Origin: an uncultured Thiohalobacter sp.
GTDB taxonomy: Bacteria; Pseudomonadota; Gammaproteobacteria; DSM-19610
Direction: 5' to 3'
DNA: 64,000 nt
NCBI GenBank assembly: GCA_964433205.1
Contig: CAYSRA010000003.1
Coordinates: 670 to 64,669, forward strand
In this document: positions 41,377 through 51,404 of the stretch, in pieces
Layout of the letters: every line of letters begins with the position of its first letter
How positions within the stretch are numbered: the first letter of the stretch is position 1
Notes under the pieces: model-generated
The model's input: only the letters and a program-made list of their open reading frames with translations
Told to the model about the DNA's origin: nothing
Databases searched by the model: none
Translations under genes and position numbers: made by a program

Positions 41377-42225
41377 TCATGGTGTGTCGGGTGTCGGCGC
41401 GAGGTCGAGCATGCGTGAGGCTACGTCACCCATGCGGTACTCGATACCGAGCGCCGGTCGCGCGAGCACCAGGTCGTGCTCGCGGGAAGTGACGACCAGT
41501 TCGATGGGCCGGTCCTGGCTGGCGAGCTCAATGGTGATGCGCTCGCCTTGCGGTGTGCCGTCGATTTCCCGTACGTTGATGGCGGTGGCAGCCTGCCAGC
41601 TGTCGATGAGTCGCTGCAGGTCGTCGGCCGAAACGTCGCGTTCCGGTGTCATTTCCCAGCCTGAATCGCCCCGGCGCAGCGTCAGGCCGGGCAGCGACAG
41701 GGCCGTGATGCGCGCCTGCTGCGGCAACACCTTGCGCCGTACAAACTGGGTATAGCCCGCTTCGACCAGGTACAGGTAAAGGTCAGGCACCAACTCCACC
41801 TGCTCGCCGACCCGCAGGTAGCGCAGGTTCTCCAGTGCTTCGATGCCGCCGAAGTCGATGCGCAGGTCATTGAGCGTCACACTGGCGCGCGGGGGGTCCA
41901 GTTCCAGTCGGGCAAGATCCATCTCGCCAGCGGGGTAGCTGCGTACGACGGTCTGTTCGGCCAGCCTCGCCAGCGAGCGGACCTGAAACGGTTCCGCCGG
42001 CAGGCGCGGCTCGCGCGCGATCCACCAGAAGCCGTCGTTGTCACGCTCCAGCACCAACTCATCGCGCAGTGGCCGGGTAATCACGATGCGTTCGACGTCG
42101 GCCGTTTTGAACGGCGTGACCGTCTGTGTCACGGGCTTGTCGATGCCCGGCTCATAACGCGCAATCAGCGTGAGGATAACGACCGTGGTAAACAGCAGGA
42201 TATTGGTGAGCCAGCGCGATTTCAT
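41377..42225 (-). CDS. DUF4340-like membrane-anchored protein
   Basis: MKSRWLTNILLFTTVVILTLIA anchor. Downstream of the GldG-like gene, the usual DUF4340 position. The track ORF is extended upstream to 42315. Confidence 0.65.
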   Translation of the reverse strand: MKSRWLTNILLFTTVVILTLIARYEPGIDKPVTQTVTPFKTADVERIVITRPLRDELVLERDNDGFWWIAREPRLPAEPFQVRSLARLAEQTVVRSYPAGEMDLARLELDPPRASVTLNDLRIDFGGIEALENLRYLRVGEQVELVPDLYLYLVEAGYTQFVRRKVLPQQARITALSLPGLTLRRGDSGWEMTPERDVSADDLQRLIDSWQAATAINVREIDGTPQGERITIELASQDRPIELVVTSREHDLVLARPALGIEYRMGDVASRMLDLAPTPDTP

Positions 42226-42238
42226 ATCGGATTCCGGG

Positions 42239-43600
42239 TCAGCGGTTGCGGCGTCGCCACCAGATAGCGACACCCGCGCCCAGCAGTGCCAGTGGTAGCA
42301 CGAACAGGAAACCAAACCCGATCAGTGCCTGGGCAAACTTGTCGAGTTCCAGCTGAACGTCGCTGGCGGTGCGGGCGGTGATGGCAATAAAGCGGTCGTC
42401 GTGGTTGAGCCAGTTGAACAGGGCCAGTCCCAGGTCGATGTTGCCGGCATTGCCCAGATAGGTGTTGGACAGGAAATCCGCGTCACAGATGACAGCAACG
42501 CGCTGCTGCTCCGTGTCGTCGTCGTCTCCCTGTTCACGGGTAAAGACGTAACCGATATCCAGCGGCCCCATGCGCTCGTCGCTGTCCTGGTCGAAACGAA
42601 TGGTGCCGCTGATGGGGCCGAGTTCCGTCCAGGCACGGTCCAGCGTGGTCAGCAGTGGTTGTGCCTGCCAGCCCTCGGGTGGCGCGACGTCGAGCGCGCA
42701 GGCCTGCGGAAACAGTGTGATCTTGCCCTCCATGCGGCGGGTGATTTCGTGCATGGGGTAGTCGGTGATGATGGCAAACGCCGGGTTGTCGATGCCAAAC
42801 AACTGTGTGGTGGCGTCTACCACGGTGCCGGGCAGCTGCTCCACTCCGAGTGTTTCGGCAACCGGTCCCAGACCCGCCAGTGTGCCGGGTTCTATCAGCC
42901 ACAGCAGGTTGCCGCCGCGCTTGAGATAGCGGTTGATCAGGCCGACCTCGCCGGGCAGCAGCGAGCTGCGCGGATCGGCGATGACCAGCAGGCTGGTGTC
43001 ACCGGGAATGGAGGCCGACTCGGCAAACTTGAGCGTTTCCACCTTGATGCCCTTGTCGCCAAGCAGTTTGCCAAATTGCCCCATGTCGTGGTTGGCCTGG
43101 CCGTGCGGGTTACGCTCGCCGTGGCCGCTCAGAAACACCACCCTGCGCGTGTCGGGGCGCGCAATGCGCAGCAGCGCATTGGTCAGGCTCTGTTCCGATA
43201 GCTCCTGGATCTTTTCGCTGCGACCGTCGTAGGCCACCAGCAGTTCGCCGTCCATCGTGATGCCCAGCTCGCGTACCCGTTCCGGTTCGGCGTCGGGGTT
43301 CACGAAGTGCAGTTCCACGTCGGGCTTGTGGCGCTGGTAGCGTGCCACCAGGTCGCGGATATGCTCGCGCAGCGCGGGTGTTTCGCGGGCGAACGCGGTG
43401 ATGTGGACGGGACCTTCCATTTCGTCGAGCAGTTTGCGGCTGTCGACCGACAGGCTGTTGCGCCCGCTGCTGGTCCAGTCGGCTTCCAGATTGTAGCGGG
43501 TGCTCAACCAGCCCAGCAGGCCGGCGATGACCAGCACCCCGATGACAAAGATCAGGTTTTGCAGTTGCAGCTGGCGGCGTGATGCGCGGGAGATTTTCAT
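42239..43600 (-). CDS. GldG-like ABC-transporter auxiliary protein
   Basis: 453 aa with N- and C-terminal TMs flanking a large extracytoplasmic domain. Adjacent to the ABC-2 permease. Confidence 0.7.
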   Translation of the reverse strand: MKISRASRRQLQLQNLIFVIGVLVIAGLLGWLSTRYNLEADWTSSGRNSLSVDSRKLLDEMEGPVHITAFARETPALREHIRDLVARYQRHKPDVELHFVNPDAEPERVRELGITMDGELLVAYDGRSEKIQELSEQSLTNALLRIARPDTRRVVFLSGHGERNPHGQANHDMGQFGKLLGDKGIKVETLKFAESASIPGDTSLLVIADPRSSLLPGEVGLINRYLKRGGNLLWLIEPGTLAGLGPVAETLGVEQLPGTVVDATTQLFGIDNPAFAIITDYPMHEITRRMEGKITLFPQACALDVAPPEGWQAQPLLTTLDRAWTELGPISGTIRFDQDSDERMGPLDIGYVFTREQGDDDDTEQQRVAVICDADFLSNTYLGNAGNIDLGLALFNWLNHDDRFIAITARTASDVQLELDKFAQALIGFGFLFVLPLALLGAGVAIWWRRRNR

Positions 43601-43604
43601 GGCG

Positions 43605-44357
43605 CTATCCGGTCAGCCGTTTCTGGTCCAGCCGGCGGATGCCGAGGGTCAGGAATACCGCGGTAAGCAGCAGGTAATAGACCAGGTCACGGGTGCTGAA
43701 GATACCTTTCAGGAAGGAATCGAGGTGCGTTTTCAGTGACAGGTAATGGAACAGGCCACTGACATTCTGACCGGCGTCGCCGTTCCAGTCGATGATCCAC
43801 AGGAGCATCAGTGCGCCGAGCGTGCTGATGGCGGCGACCACCGGCTGTTCGGTCAGCGATGACATGAACAGGCCGATGGCGGCGAAGGCCGCGGCCAGCA
43901 GCGTGAGCCCGAGCAGGCCCGATAACAGCTTGCCGATGTCGAGCGTTGTGCCGGCGTACAGTGACAGCGGCATGGCGGCGAGCATCAGTATCAGAACAAT
44001 AAAGAACAGCGCGATGCCGAGAAACTTGCCGAGCACGATGTCGCTGATCGCGACCGGTGCCGACATCAGCAGGGTCAGGGTGCGGTTTCTCTGTTCCTCA
44101 CTGATGCTGCGCATGGTGATCGCGGGTGCGATCAGCAGGAAAAGAAAGCCGGCAGTCTGGAACAGTGGCGCAACCACGATATCAGTAACACCGGGTGCCC
44201 CCTCGATGCCGGCGAGACGCGCCTGCCAGGTCATGTAGGTCTCCAGTTGAGAGAGGAACAGGTAAGCCAGCACCAGTTGCAACACCGCCAGTATGGCCCA
44301 GGCCAGTGGTGACAGGAACAGGTTCTTGAACTCTCTCACGGCGATAGTGGCAATCAT
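43605..44357 (-). CDS. ABC-2 type transporter permease (GldF-like)
   Basis: 250 aa, about six TMs, begins MIATIAVREFKNLFLSPLAW. Confidence 0.8.
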   Translation of the reverse strand: MIATIAVREFKNLFLSPLAWAILAVLQLVLAYLFLSQLETYMTWQARLAGIEGAPGVTDIVVAPLFQTAGFLFLLIAPAITMRSISEEQRNRTLTLLMSAPVAISDIVLGKFLGIALFFIVLILMLAAMPLSLYAGTTLDIGKLLSGLLGLTLLAAAFAAIGLFMSSLTEQPVVAAISTLGALMLLWIIDWNGDAGQNVSGLFHYLSLKTHLDSFLKGIFSTRDLVYYLLLTAVFLTLGIRRLDQKRLTG

Positions 44358-45307
44358 CAGGCAGCGTTCTCCGTCGTCTGTTGTTCATCGTGACAGGTGA
44401 GTTCGACGAATACTTGCTCCAGAGTGCGTCGGTCGAGTGCAAGTTCCACCAGGCCCAGCCCCTGTTCCGCGATATACGTTGCAATGGCCCCGGCGGGGTT
44501 TTCGCCACTGAAGTGCAGGCGCGCGCGCGCGGCGCCAAGCCGTTCACGGTGATCCACGCCGGGGAGCTTGCCGAGTATCTCGTCGGACAATGGCTCGCGG
44601 GTTTCCAGCACCAGTACGTGGCTGACCAGCTGTTGTTCGAGTTCCTGCATGCTCTTCGAGAACACCAGCCGGCCTTCGTTAATGATCTGCACGCGCGTAC
44701 AGGTTGCCTGGACCTCGGGCAGAACGTGCGTGGACAGGATGATGCCGTGGGTTTCACCCAGTTCGCGAATCAGCTCACGAATTTCGCGGATCTGGTTGGG
44801 GTCGAGACCCACGGTGGGTTCGTCGAGTATTACCACGGCCGGATTGTGCAGAATGGCCTGGGCAATGCCGACGCGTTGCTGGAAACCCTTGGACAGGTTG
44901 CCGATCAGGCGACGGTTGACCGTCAGCAGTCCACAGCGGCGCTTGGCGCGATTGATCGCGTGGCCGCGCTGCGCCTTGTCGACCCGGTGCAGTCGTGCGC
45001 AGTAGTCGAGGTACTCGTCCACCGTGAGGTCGCGGTACACCGGGGGTTGTTCCGGCAGGTAGCCGATGCTGGCCTTGGCTCGTTTTGGCTCGTCGAGCAT
45101 GTCGACGCCGTTGATCCGCACCCGCCCTTCACTGGGGGCGAGGTTACCGGTGATCATCTGCATGGTCGTGGATTTGCCCGCGCCGTTGGGGCCGAGAAAA
45201 CCCAGCACTTCACCCTGCGCCAGTTCGAAATAGATGTGGTCGACGGCAAGCTGGTGTCCGTAATACCGCGACAACTGTTCAACGCTGATCAGGATTTTTG
45301 ATTCCAT
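44357..45307 (-). CDS. ABC transporter ATP-binding protein
   Basis: GPNGAGKSTT, LSKGFQQR, VVILDEPTVGLD. Start MESKILISVEQL at 45307. Confidence 0.9.
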   Translation of the reverse strand: MESKILISVEQLSRYYGHQLAVDHIYFELAQGEVLGFLGPNGAGKSTTMQMITGNLAPSEGRVRINGVDMLDEPKRAKASIGYLPEQPPVYRDLTVDEYLDYCARLHRVDKAQRGHAINRAKRRCGLLTVNRRLIGNLSKGFQQRVGIAQAILHNPAVVILDEPTVGLDPNQIREIRELIRELGETHGIILSTHVLPEVQATCTRVQIINEGRLVFSKSMQELEQQLVSHVLVLETREPLSDEILGKLPGVDHRERLGAARARLHFSGENPAGAIATYIAEQGLGLVELALDRRTLEQVFVELTCHDEQQTTENAA

Positions 45308-45394
45308 GTGCTTTATGATGGGTTCCACAGTGTCATATCCGCGCCCGGAAGGGAGCATAACGTAAAGTATTGCGGATTTGGATAGTCCTTTATT

Positions 45395-46462
45395 ATGCCA
45401 GCACGAAAACCGGAAACGCCATTGTGCGACCAATTTGGCTTTGATGCCGACTGGCGTAATGCCCAGCTGACGCTGATCGGCCTCGACGACGAATCACGCG
45501 ACACAGTCCGGCAGTTGCATCGCCAGGTGCTGACCGCCGACGCATCCCGGCAAATTGTCGACCAGTTCTACGAGCGATTACTGAACGACTCGCGGGCCCG
45601 GGCGCTGCTGGAAAGTTACGATGTCGAGCGCCTGAAGGTGACGCTGTCGGCCTACCTGACCGATTTCGGCGTGGACTTCCGCGATGCGAGCTATTTCGAG
45701 ACGCGTGCCCGCGTGGGCATTGCTCACGCGCGCGTGGGGCTGCCGCTGGCGCTGTATCTGTCCGCTTTCGGTGTCATGCAGACGCTCATTCTCGAGGCGC
45801 TGACACACAGTACCGGTGACGCGGAAGTCCGCCACGCGCTCGGTCGTCTGGTGTTGAAGTTGACCACGCTGGATATCGCTGTCGCCACCGAGGTCTATCA
45901 TCGCAGCAGTGTGCTGGAGCTGGATCGTTCGGTCAAGCACCTGCAGCTTGAGCAGAGTCTGTTGCGCACCCAGCTTCAACTTGACGCCCTGACCGGTGTG
46001 TCCAGCCGAACCAGCTTGCTGAATGAACTGGAAGGCGCCGTCAGTCGCGCCGCCAAGACCGGTCAGCCACTGTGTATCATCATGGCCGACCTGGACCACT
46101 TCAAGGAAATAAATGACACCCACGGGCATATGGTGGGCGACAAGGTGCTGGCCGAAGTGGGCGCCCGGATTCGCGCCGCGCTGCGAGAGTTCGATGTTGT
46201 CGGACGCTACGGCGGCGAAGAGTTTGTCGTCGTACTGGAAAACACCTCGCGCCACACCGCGCGCCTGATCGCGGAACGTATCCGCCAGCGCATTGCCAGT
46301 TCGCCGATCAAGGTGGGACACCTCCAGTTGCAACTGACCATCAGCCAGGGGCTGGCAGTGCGAGCCGAGGGTGACGACTTGCAGCGCCTGCTGCAGCGTG
46401 CTGACGATGCCATGTACCAGGCCAAGCGCGCCGGCCGTAACTGTGTCGCGGAAGCTGACTGA
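45395..46462 (+). CDS. Globin-coupled sensor diguanylate cyclase
   Basis: N-terminal sensor-globin pattern (DQFYERL distal Tyr; VGIAHARVGLP proximal His). C-terminal REFDVVGRYGGEEF, i.e. RxxD I-site plus GGEEF. Confidence 0.85.
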   Translation: MPARKPETPLCDQFGFDADWRNAQLTLIGLDDESRDTVRQLHRQVLTADASRQIVDQFYERLLNDSRARALLESYDVERLKVTLSAYLTDFGVDFRDASYFETRARVGIAHARVGLPLALYLSAFGVMQTLILEALTHSTGDAEVRHALGRLVLKLTTLDIAVATEVYHRSSVLELDRSVKHLQLEQSLLRTQLQLDALTGVSSRTSLLNELEGAVSRAAKTGQPLCIIMADLDHFKEINDTHGHMVGDKVLAEVGARIRAALREFDVVGRYGGEEFVVVLENTSRHTARLIAERIRQRIASSPIKVGHLQLQLTISQGLAVRAEGDDLQRLLQRADDAMYQAKRAGRNCVAEAD

Positions 46463-46470
46463 GGCAAGGT

Positions 46471-48462
46471 ATGCTGCTGGGTGTTGATACGGGCGGTACC
46501 TTTACCGACTTCGTGTGTTTTGACAGTGGCTGCATGCGTCTCCACAAGGTGTTGTCGACGCCGGATGCACCGGAGCGGGCAATTCTGCAGGGTATCCGCG
46601 AACTGGGGCTGGAAGGTAGAACCTTCCACCTGATACACGGTTCGACCGTGGCCACCAATGCGGCACTCGAAGGCAAGGGGGTACGCACTGTCTATATCAC
46701 CAATCACGGACTTGCCGACGTGCTGACCATCGGCCGTCAGGCGCGCGATGCGCTCTATCAGCTCCAGCCCCGACCCCGCCATCCCCCCGTGCCTCCGCAG
46801 CTGTGTCTTGAAACCGGCGGCAGGCTTGGTGCCGATGGTAGCGTGGTCGAAGCGCTGGACGGAGAGGCGTGCCGGGCACTGGCAGAACGGGTCGCGGCCC
46901 TGCAGCCGCAGGCAGTGGCAATTAACCTGCTGTTTTCCTGGCTGGATGATCGCTTCGAGCAGATGATCCGGCGTGCGCTTCCAGACGGGTTGTTTGTGGC
47001 CTGTTCGTCCGAAGTGCTGCCGGAAATACGCGAATACGAGCGCGGCATGGCGACCTGGCTGAATGCCTGGCTGGGGCCGAAAGTGCAGGGTTATCTGCAA
47101 CGTCTGCAGCAGGCAGTGCGGCCTGCGCCGGTTCACGTCATGCAGAGTTCCGGGTTGACTATCCGCGCCGACAAGGCCGCACAGCGCGCGGTCAACCTGT
47201 TGCTGTCCGGTCCGGCGGGTGGCCTGATGGGGGCGCGCCATGTCGCGGCCCGGCATGGCATTACGCGCCTGCTGACGTTTGATATGGGGGGAACCTCAAC
47301 GGATGTCGCCCTCATCGATGGTCAGATCAACCTGACCTCGCAGGGCTGTATCGGCCACTACCCGGTGGCCGTGCCAATGGTAGACATGCACACGATTGGT
47401 GCCGGCGGCGGATCCATCGCCCGCGTGGACGAGGGGGGCATGCTGACCGTGGGCCCCGAGTCGGCGGGTGCCGACCCCGGCCCGGCCTGCTATGGCCGTG
47501 GTGGCCGCCGGGCAACGGTAACCGATGCCAATCTGCTGCTTGGGCGCCTGCGGCCTAAAGCGTTTCTCGGTGGTGACATGTCGCTCGATATGGAGGCGGC
47601 GCGGCGGGTGATGTCCACCCTCGCGCAGCAGATGGGCGTTTCATTGCAGCAGGCCGCACACGGGGTCATCGACCTTGCCAACGAACACATGACGCAGGCG
47701 TTGCGGGTGATTTCCGTGCAGCGCGGTATCGACCCGGCCGGTTTCACGCTCGTTGCTTTCGGCGGCGCGGGTGGCCTGCACGTCTGCGCGCTGGCCGACG
47801 CGCTGGGTATGCGCCAGGCCATGGTTCCCGCCGCCGCAGGCGTGCTGTCGGCCCTCGGCATGCTGGTTGCCCCGCGTGGGCGGCAGATGTCGCGCACGCT
47901 GAGCGGCCTGCTGGACGAGCAGGAAGACCGGGCGCTGCGGGCGGCATTCCAGCGCCTCGCGGAGCAGGGGCTGGCCGAGTTGAACGAAGAAGGCGTGCAG
48001 CGCGACGGGGTGGATTGCCGATACAGCCTCGATCTGCGCTACCTGGGCCAGAGTTTTACCCTCAATATCCCGTTTGACACGGTTCCCGCGGCTATCGAGG
48101 CATTTCACGAGGCGCACCGCCAGCGTTTTGGTCACCGTCTGGATATGCCGGTGGAAGTGGTCAATCTGCGGGTGGCCCTTTCAGCCGCCGGAGAACCGTT
48201 GGTGGTGCAGGAAAACCCGATTTCGGGGGGCGGAAATCCGCTCGAATTCGCCGATCTGCCGGGATTCTCCGCCGCGGTGCCGGTGTGGCGACCCCGCGAC
48301 CTGGCCTGTGGACAACGGTATGACGGCCCGTTGCTGGTGGTCGACGACGTTGCGACGGTGCTGGTTGCCCCCGGTTGGGCGCTGGGACGGGAGGGGGACG
48401 GCAGTTTGCGGCTGACAAAAAAATCCGCAGTGCCTTGCGACACTGCGGAAAGGACGGGATAG
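46471..48462 (+). CDS. Hydantoinase/oxoprolinase A-type (HyuA family) protein
   Basis: MLLGVDTGGTFTDFV, FDMGGTSTDV and VAFGGAGGLH, ASKHA-type motifs. 663 aa. No hyuB partner nearby. Confidence 0.85.
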   Translation: MLLGVDTGGTFTDFVCFDSGCMRLHKVLSTPDAPERAILQGIRELGLEGRTFHLIHGSTVATNAALEGKGVRTVYITNHGLADVLTIGRQARDALYQLQPRPRHPPVPPQLCLETGGRLGADGSVVEALDGEACRALAERVAALQPQAVAINLLFSWLDDRFEQMIRRALPDGLFVACSSEVLPEIREYERGMATWLNAWLGPKVQGYLQRLQQAVRPAPVHVMQSSGLTIRADKAAQRAVNLLLSGPAGGLMGARHVAARHGITRLLTFDMGGTSTDVALIDGQINLTSQGCIGHYPVAVPMVDMHTIGAGGGSIARVDEGGMLTVGPESAGADPGPACYGRGGRRATVTDANLLLGRLRPKAFLGGDMSLDMEAARRVMSTLAQQMGVSLQQAAHGVIDLANEHMTQALRVISVQRGIDPAGFTLVAFGGAGGLHVCALADALGMRQAMVPAAAGVLSALGMLVAPRGRQMSRTLSGLLDEQEDRALRAAFQRLAEQGLAELNEEGVQRDGVDCRYSLDLRYLGQSFTLNIPFDTVPAAIEAFHEAHRQRFGHRLDMPVEVVNLRVALSAAGEPLVVQENPISGGGNPLEFADLPGFSAAVPVWRPRDLACGQRYDGPLLVVDDVATVLVAPGWALGREGDGSLRLTKKSAVPCDTAERTG

Positions 48463-48611
48463 GAAGACAAAGCTCGATGGTGCGGGATGGGAAAGCTGAG
48501 CAGTATAGCTTTTCCTGCCCCGAACCGGTCACTAGTCCAACCACGGCAAATGTTATGGGGTCTGGTGGCGGCCGTCCTTGATCCAGGTCAAGAAAAGTTG
48601 TGCCGGGGGGG

Positions 48612-49820
48612 TCAGTCCTCAATCAGCGTCTTGCAGATTTCGTTGGCCCACTGCACAGCAGACAGGTAGGCATCGCGTATTTCCGGGGCGTCCAGCCCTT
48701 CGCAGTGGATGTGTTCCCAGTCCCCCCGTTCATAGGCCAGGACGCAGGCGAGGGTTTTGCCATGGGTGCCGCGGTGGTGGAGGAGCGCCTCGGCAATATG
48801 GTCGGCGAGCGGTAACTGGGTGAGAATTTCCTCCATGGTGTTGTCCATCAGCGCGTCCAGCGCGGAAAACAGTCCGATGGTGAAATAGGCTTGCGGGTCG
48901 GGTTCCTTGCGTGTGCGGGCGATATTTTCAGCCATCCTGGCGCGGACCATCGCGGTCACCACCAGTTCCGTGGGCTTGTCATCGATCTGGGACATGGCCA
49001 GCAATGTGGTCCATGAGCGCAGCGTCGCCATGCCGAGAATAATGACCGCCTGCTGTATCGAGTCGATTTTGCGCGGCAGCGCAATCGCGGCCGAGTTGAC
49101 GTAGCGCAGGATCTTGAAGCTGAAAGCGACATCCTGGGCAATCAGCTGTTCCAGTTCGGCGGGCGTAATGTCGGGATCCTGCAGCCGGCTCAGTAGTTTC
49201 AGCGTTGCAAGCCGGTTATTGGGCAGACGCCGACCGCGAATAATCTTCGGTTGGGCGAAGAAATAGCCCTGGAAATAGTCAAAGCCGAGTTCCCGGCAAA
49301 AATCGTATTCTTCGCGGGTTTCGACCTTCTCGGCCAGCAGGCGCAACGGGTGCTGGCGCAACTGGGCGACGTGGTCACGGATTTCGTCCTGGTTCAACGC
49401 CATGATGTCGATCTTGATGATATTGGCCAGTTCCACCAGTGGCTGGAGTGATTCGCGGTAGATGAAGTCGTCCAGCGCGATGGAATAGCCTTGCTGGCAC
49501 AAGCGAGTGACACCGGCGACCACTTCCTCATCGGCCTCGATGTCCTCGAGCAGTTCCAGTACGACGCGGTCCCTGGGCAGCGAGATGGTGGTTTCGTCAA
49601 CAAAAAAGGCACGCGTCAGATTGATGAAGGCGAGCTTGTCTCCAACGATATTGTCCAGGCCGATTTCCATGAAGGTATTGACGATGACGTCAGAGGTTGC
49701 CCGGTCGCCATCGACGAAGTCGGCGACATTGCGCTGCGCCGAACGAAATAGCAGCTCGTAGGCGTAGACCCCCTGTTTGCGGTCATAAATGGGCTGTCTG
49801 CCAATGAAAATATCGTTCAT
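48612..49820 (-). CDS. EAL + HDOD domain protein (c-di-GMP signalling)
   Basis: IGRQPIYDRKQGVYAYELLFR, LELLED, ALDDF, KIDI, EKVETREE, QGYFFAQP, then an HDOD-like C-terminal half. Confidence 0.85.
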   Translation of the reverse strand: MNDIFIGRQPIYDRKQGVYAYELLFRSAQRNVADFVDGDRATSDVIVNTFMEIGLDNIVGDKLAFINLTRAFFVDETTISLPRDRVVLELLEDIEADEEVVAGVTRLCQQGYSIALDDFIYRESLQPLVELANIIKIDIMALNQDEIRDHVAQLRQHPLRLLAEKVETREEYDFCRELGFDYFQGYFFAQPKIIRGRRLPNNRLATLKLLSRLQDPDITPAELEQLIAQDVAFSFKILRYVNSAAIALPRKIDSIQQAVIILGMATLRSWTTLLAMSQIDDKPTELVVTAMVRARMAENIARTRKEPDPQAYFTIGLFSALDALMDNTMEEILTQLPLADHIAEALLHHRGTHGKTLACVLAYERGDWEHIHCEGLDAPEIRDAYLSAVQWANEICKTLIED

Positions 49821-49973
49821 GGTGCTTCGGTCGTGGGTTGGGTGTCGTCCATAAAGTGTAACAGATTCCGGTTGTTATGCTTTGGTAATGCTGTCGGCCG
49901 GCCGGCGGGAAACTGTTGCTTGGGGCAGATGTGGTAAACTTCGCTGCGCCAAACGCGATTTTTTGAGGTTTTA

Positions 49974-51170
49974 ATGGCTACATTGTTTTCCGGCTTCACC
50001 TGGTATGCCGGCCTGGTAGATCTCCCCTGGTGGGGCTACCTTCTGACCGGGTTCGTACTGACTCACATCACGATCGTCAGTGTTACTGTTTTTCTGCACC
50101 GTCACCAGGCGCACCGCGCACTGGATCTTCATCCTGTCACCAGTCACTTCTTCCGCTTCTGGTTATGGTTGACGACTGGCACCGTGACCCGTGAATGGGT
50201 CGCCGTACATCGCAAGCACCACGCCAAATGTGAGACCCCCGACGACCCGCACAGCCCGCAGACGCGGGGTATCCGTACGGTGCTGTGGCGCGGTGCGGAA
50301 CTGTATCGTGCCGAGGCGGACGTCACCGAGACGCTGGAAAAGTACGGTCATGCCACGCCGGACGACTGGCTGGAGCGCAACCTGTACAGCCGTTTTTCCA
50401 TGCTCGGTATTGCCCTCATGCTGATGCTTGACTATGTTCTGTTCGGCTTCCTGGGCATCGCCCTGTGGGCGGTGCAGATGGTTTGGATACCTTTCTGGGC
50501 AGCCGGAGTCATCAATGGCATCGGGCACTGGTGGGGTTATCGCAACTACGAGACACCGGATGCATCACGCAACATCTCCTGGTTCGGTTTCCTGGTGGGG
50601 GGTGAGGAGCTGCACAATAACCACCACGCTTTTGCCAGTTCGGCGCGCTTTTCGATGCGTCGCTGGGAGTTTGATTTCGGCTGGGGTTACATCCGCATCA
50701 TGCAGGCACTGGGGCTGGCGCGGGTCAAGAAGCTGGCGCCGTTGCCGCGTATTGTCCCCGGCAAGGCGCGAGTGGACATGGACACGGTGAAGGCCGTGGT
50801 CGTGGCCCGTTTCCACGTGATGTCCGACTATGCCCGCGAGGTACTGTGGCCGGTGCTGCGCCAGTCCTGCCGCGACGGTGAATGCCGGCGTGGTCTGCGC
50901 AGGACGCGTCGCTTGCTGGTGCGCGACCCGGCTACCATGGATGCGCGCAGTCGCGGCCTGCTGGAGGGGGTTCTGTTGCGTTTCGCCGATCTGCGCGTTG
51001 CCTATCAGTACCGCGAACAGTTGCAGCAGGTCTGGAAACGCTCGGCGGCCAGCCACGAGGCATTGTTGCAGTCCTTGCAGGACTGGTGTCAGCGCGCCGA
51101 GGCAACCGGGGTTCGGGCGTTGCAGGAATTTGCGCAACGGCTCAGGGGCTACAGTCTGCAGATGGCGTGA
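49974..51170 (+). CDS. Membrane acyl-CoA/acyl-lipid (delta-9 type) fatty acid desaturase
   Basis: Three His boxes: HRHQAH, HRKHH, HNNHH. Confidence 0.88.
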   Translation: MATLFSGFTWYAGLVDLPWWGYLLTGFVLTHITIVSVTVFLHRHQAHRALDLHPVTSHFFRFWLWLTTGTVTREWVAVHRKHHAKCETPDDPHSPQTRGIRTVLWRGAELYRAEADVTETLEKYGHATPDDWLERNLYSRFSMLGIALMLMLDYVLFGFLGIALWAVQMVWIPFWAAGVINGIGHWWGYRNYETPDASRNISWFGFLVGGEELHNNHHAFASSARFSMRRWEFDFGWGYIRIMQALGLARVKKLAPLPRIVPGKARVDMDTVKAVVVARFHVMSDYAREVLWPVLRQSCRDGECRRGLRRTRRLLVRDPATMDARSRGLLEGVLLRFADLRVAYQYREQLQQVWKRSAASHEALLQSLQDWCQRAEATGVRALQEFAQRLRGYSLQMA

Positions 51171-51188
51171 CGGTGGTCTCCCGCCCAC

Positions 51189-51217
51189 AAAAAAGCCCGG
51201 CACTGCCGGGCTTTTTT
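51189..51217. terminator. Bidirectional rho-independent terminator
   Basis: AAAAAAGCCCGGC-act-GCCGGGCTTTTTT between the desaturase (+) and rpmG (-). Confidence 0.85.
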
Positions 51218-51236
51218 GTGCAATGGCCGGGGCGAG

Positions 51237-51392
51237 TTACTTGATTTTCGCTTCCTTGTAGGTCACGTGCTTGCGTACCACCGGGTCATACTTTTTCAGC
51301 TCCAGCTTGTCAGGCATGGTGCGCTTGTTCTTGGTGGTGGTGTAGTAGTGGCCGGTGCCGGCACTTGATACCAGTTTGATTTTGTCACGCAT
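51237..51392 (-). CDS. rpmG: 50S ribosomal protein L33
   Basis: Below the track cutoff. Hand translation: [51 protein letters not shown]. Confidence 0.95.
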   Translation of the reverse strand: MRDKIKLVSSAGTGHYYTTTKNKRTMPDKLELKKYDPVVRKHVTYKEAKIK

Positions 51393-51404
51393 GGATATAT
51401 CCCC

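Noticed and set aside
46207-47256. 349-aa minus-strand ORF
   Set aside because: It is antisense to the end of the GGDEF gene and the start of hyuA, and has no motifs.
48489-48515. Possible terminator hairpin GGAAAGCT...AGCTTTTCC between hyuA and the EAL gene
   Set aside because: The stem is bulged and short, and has no flanking T- or A-tract.
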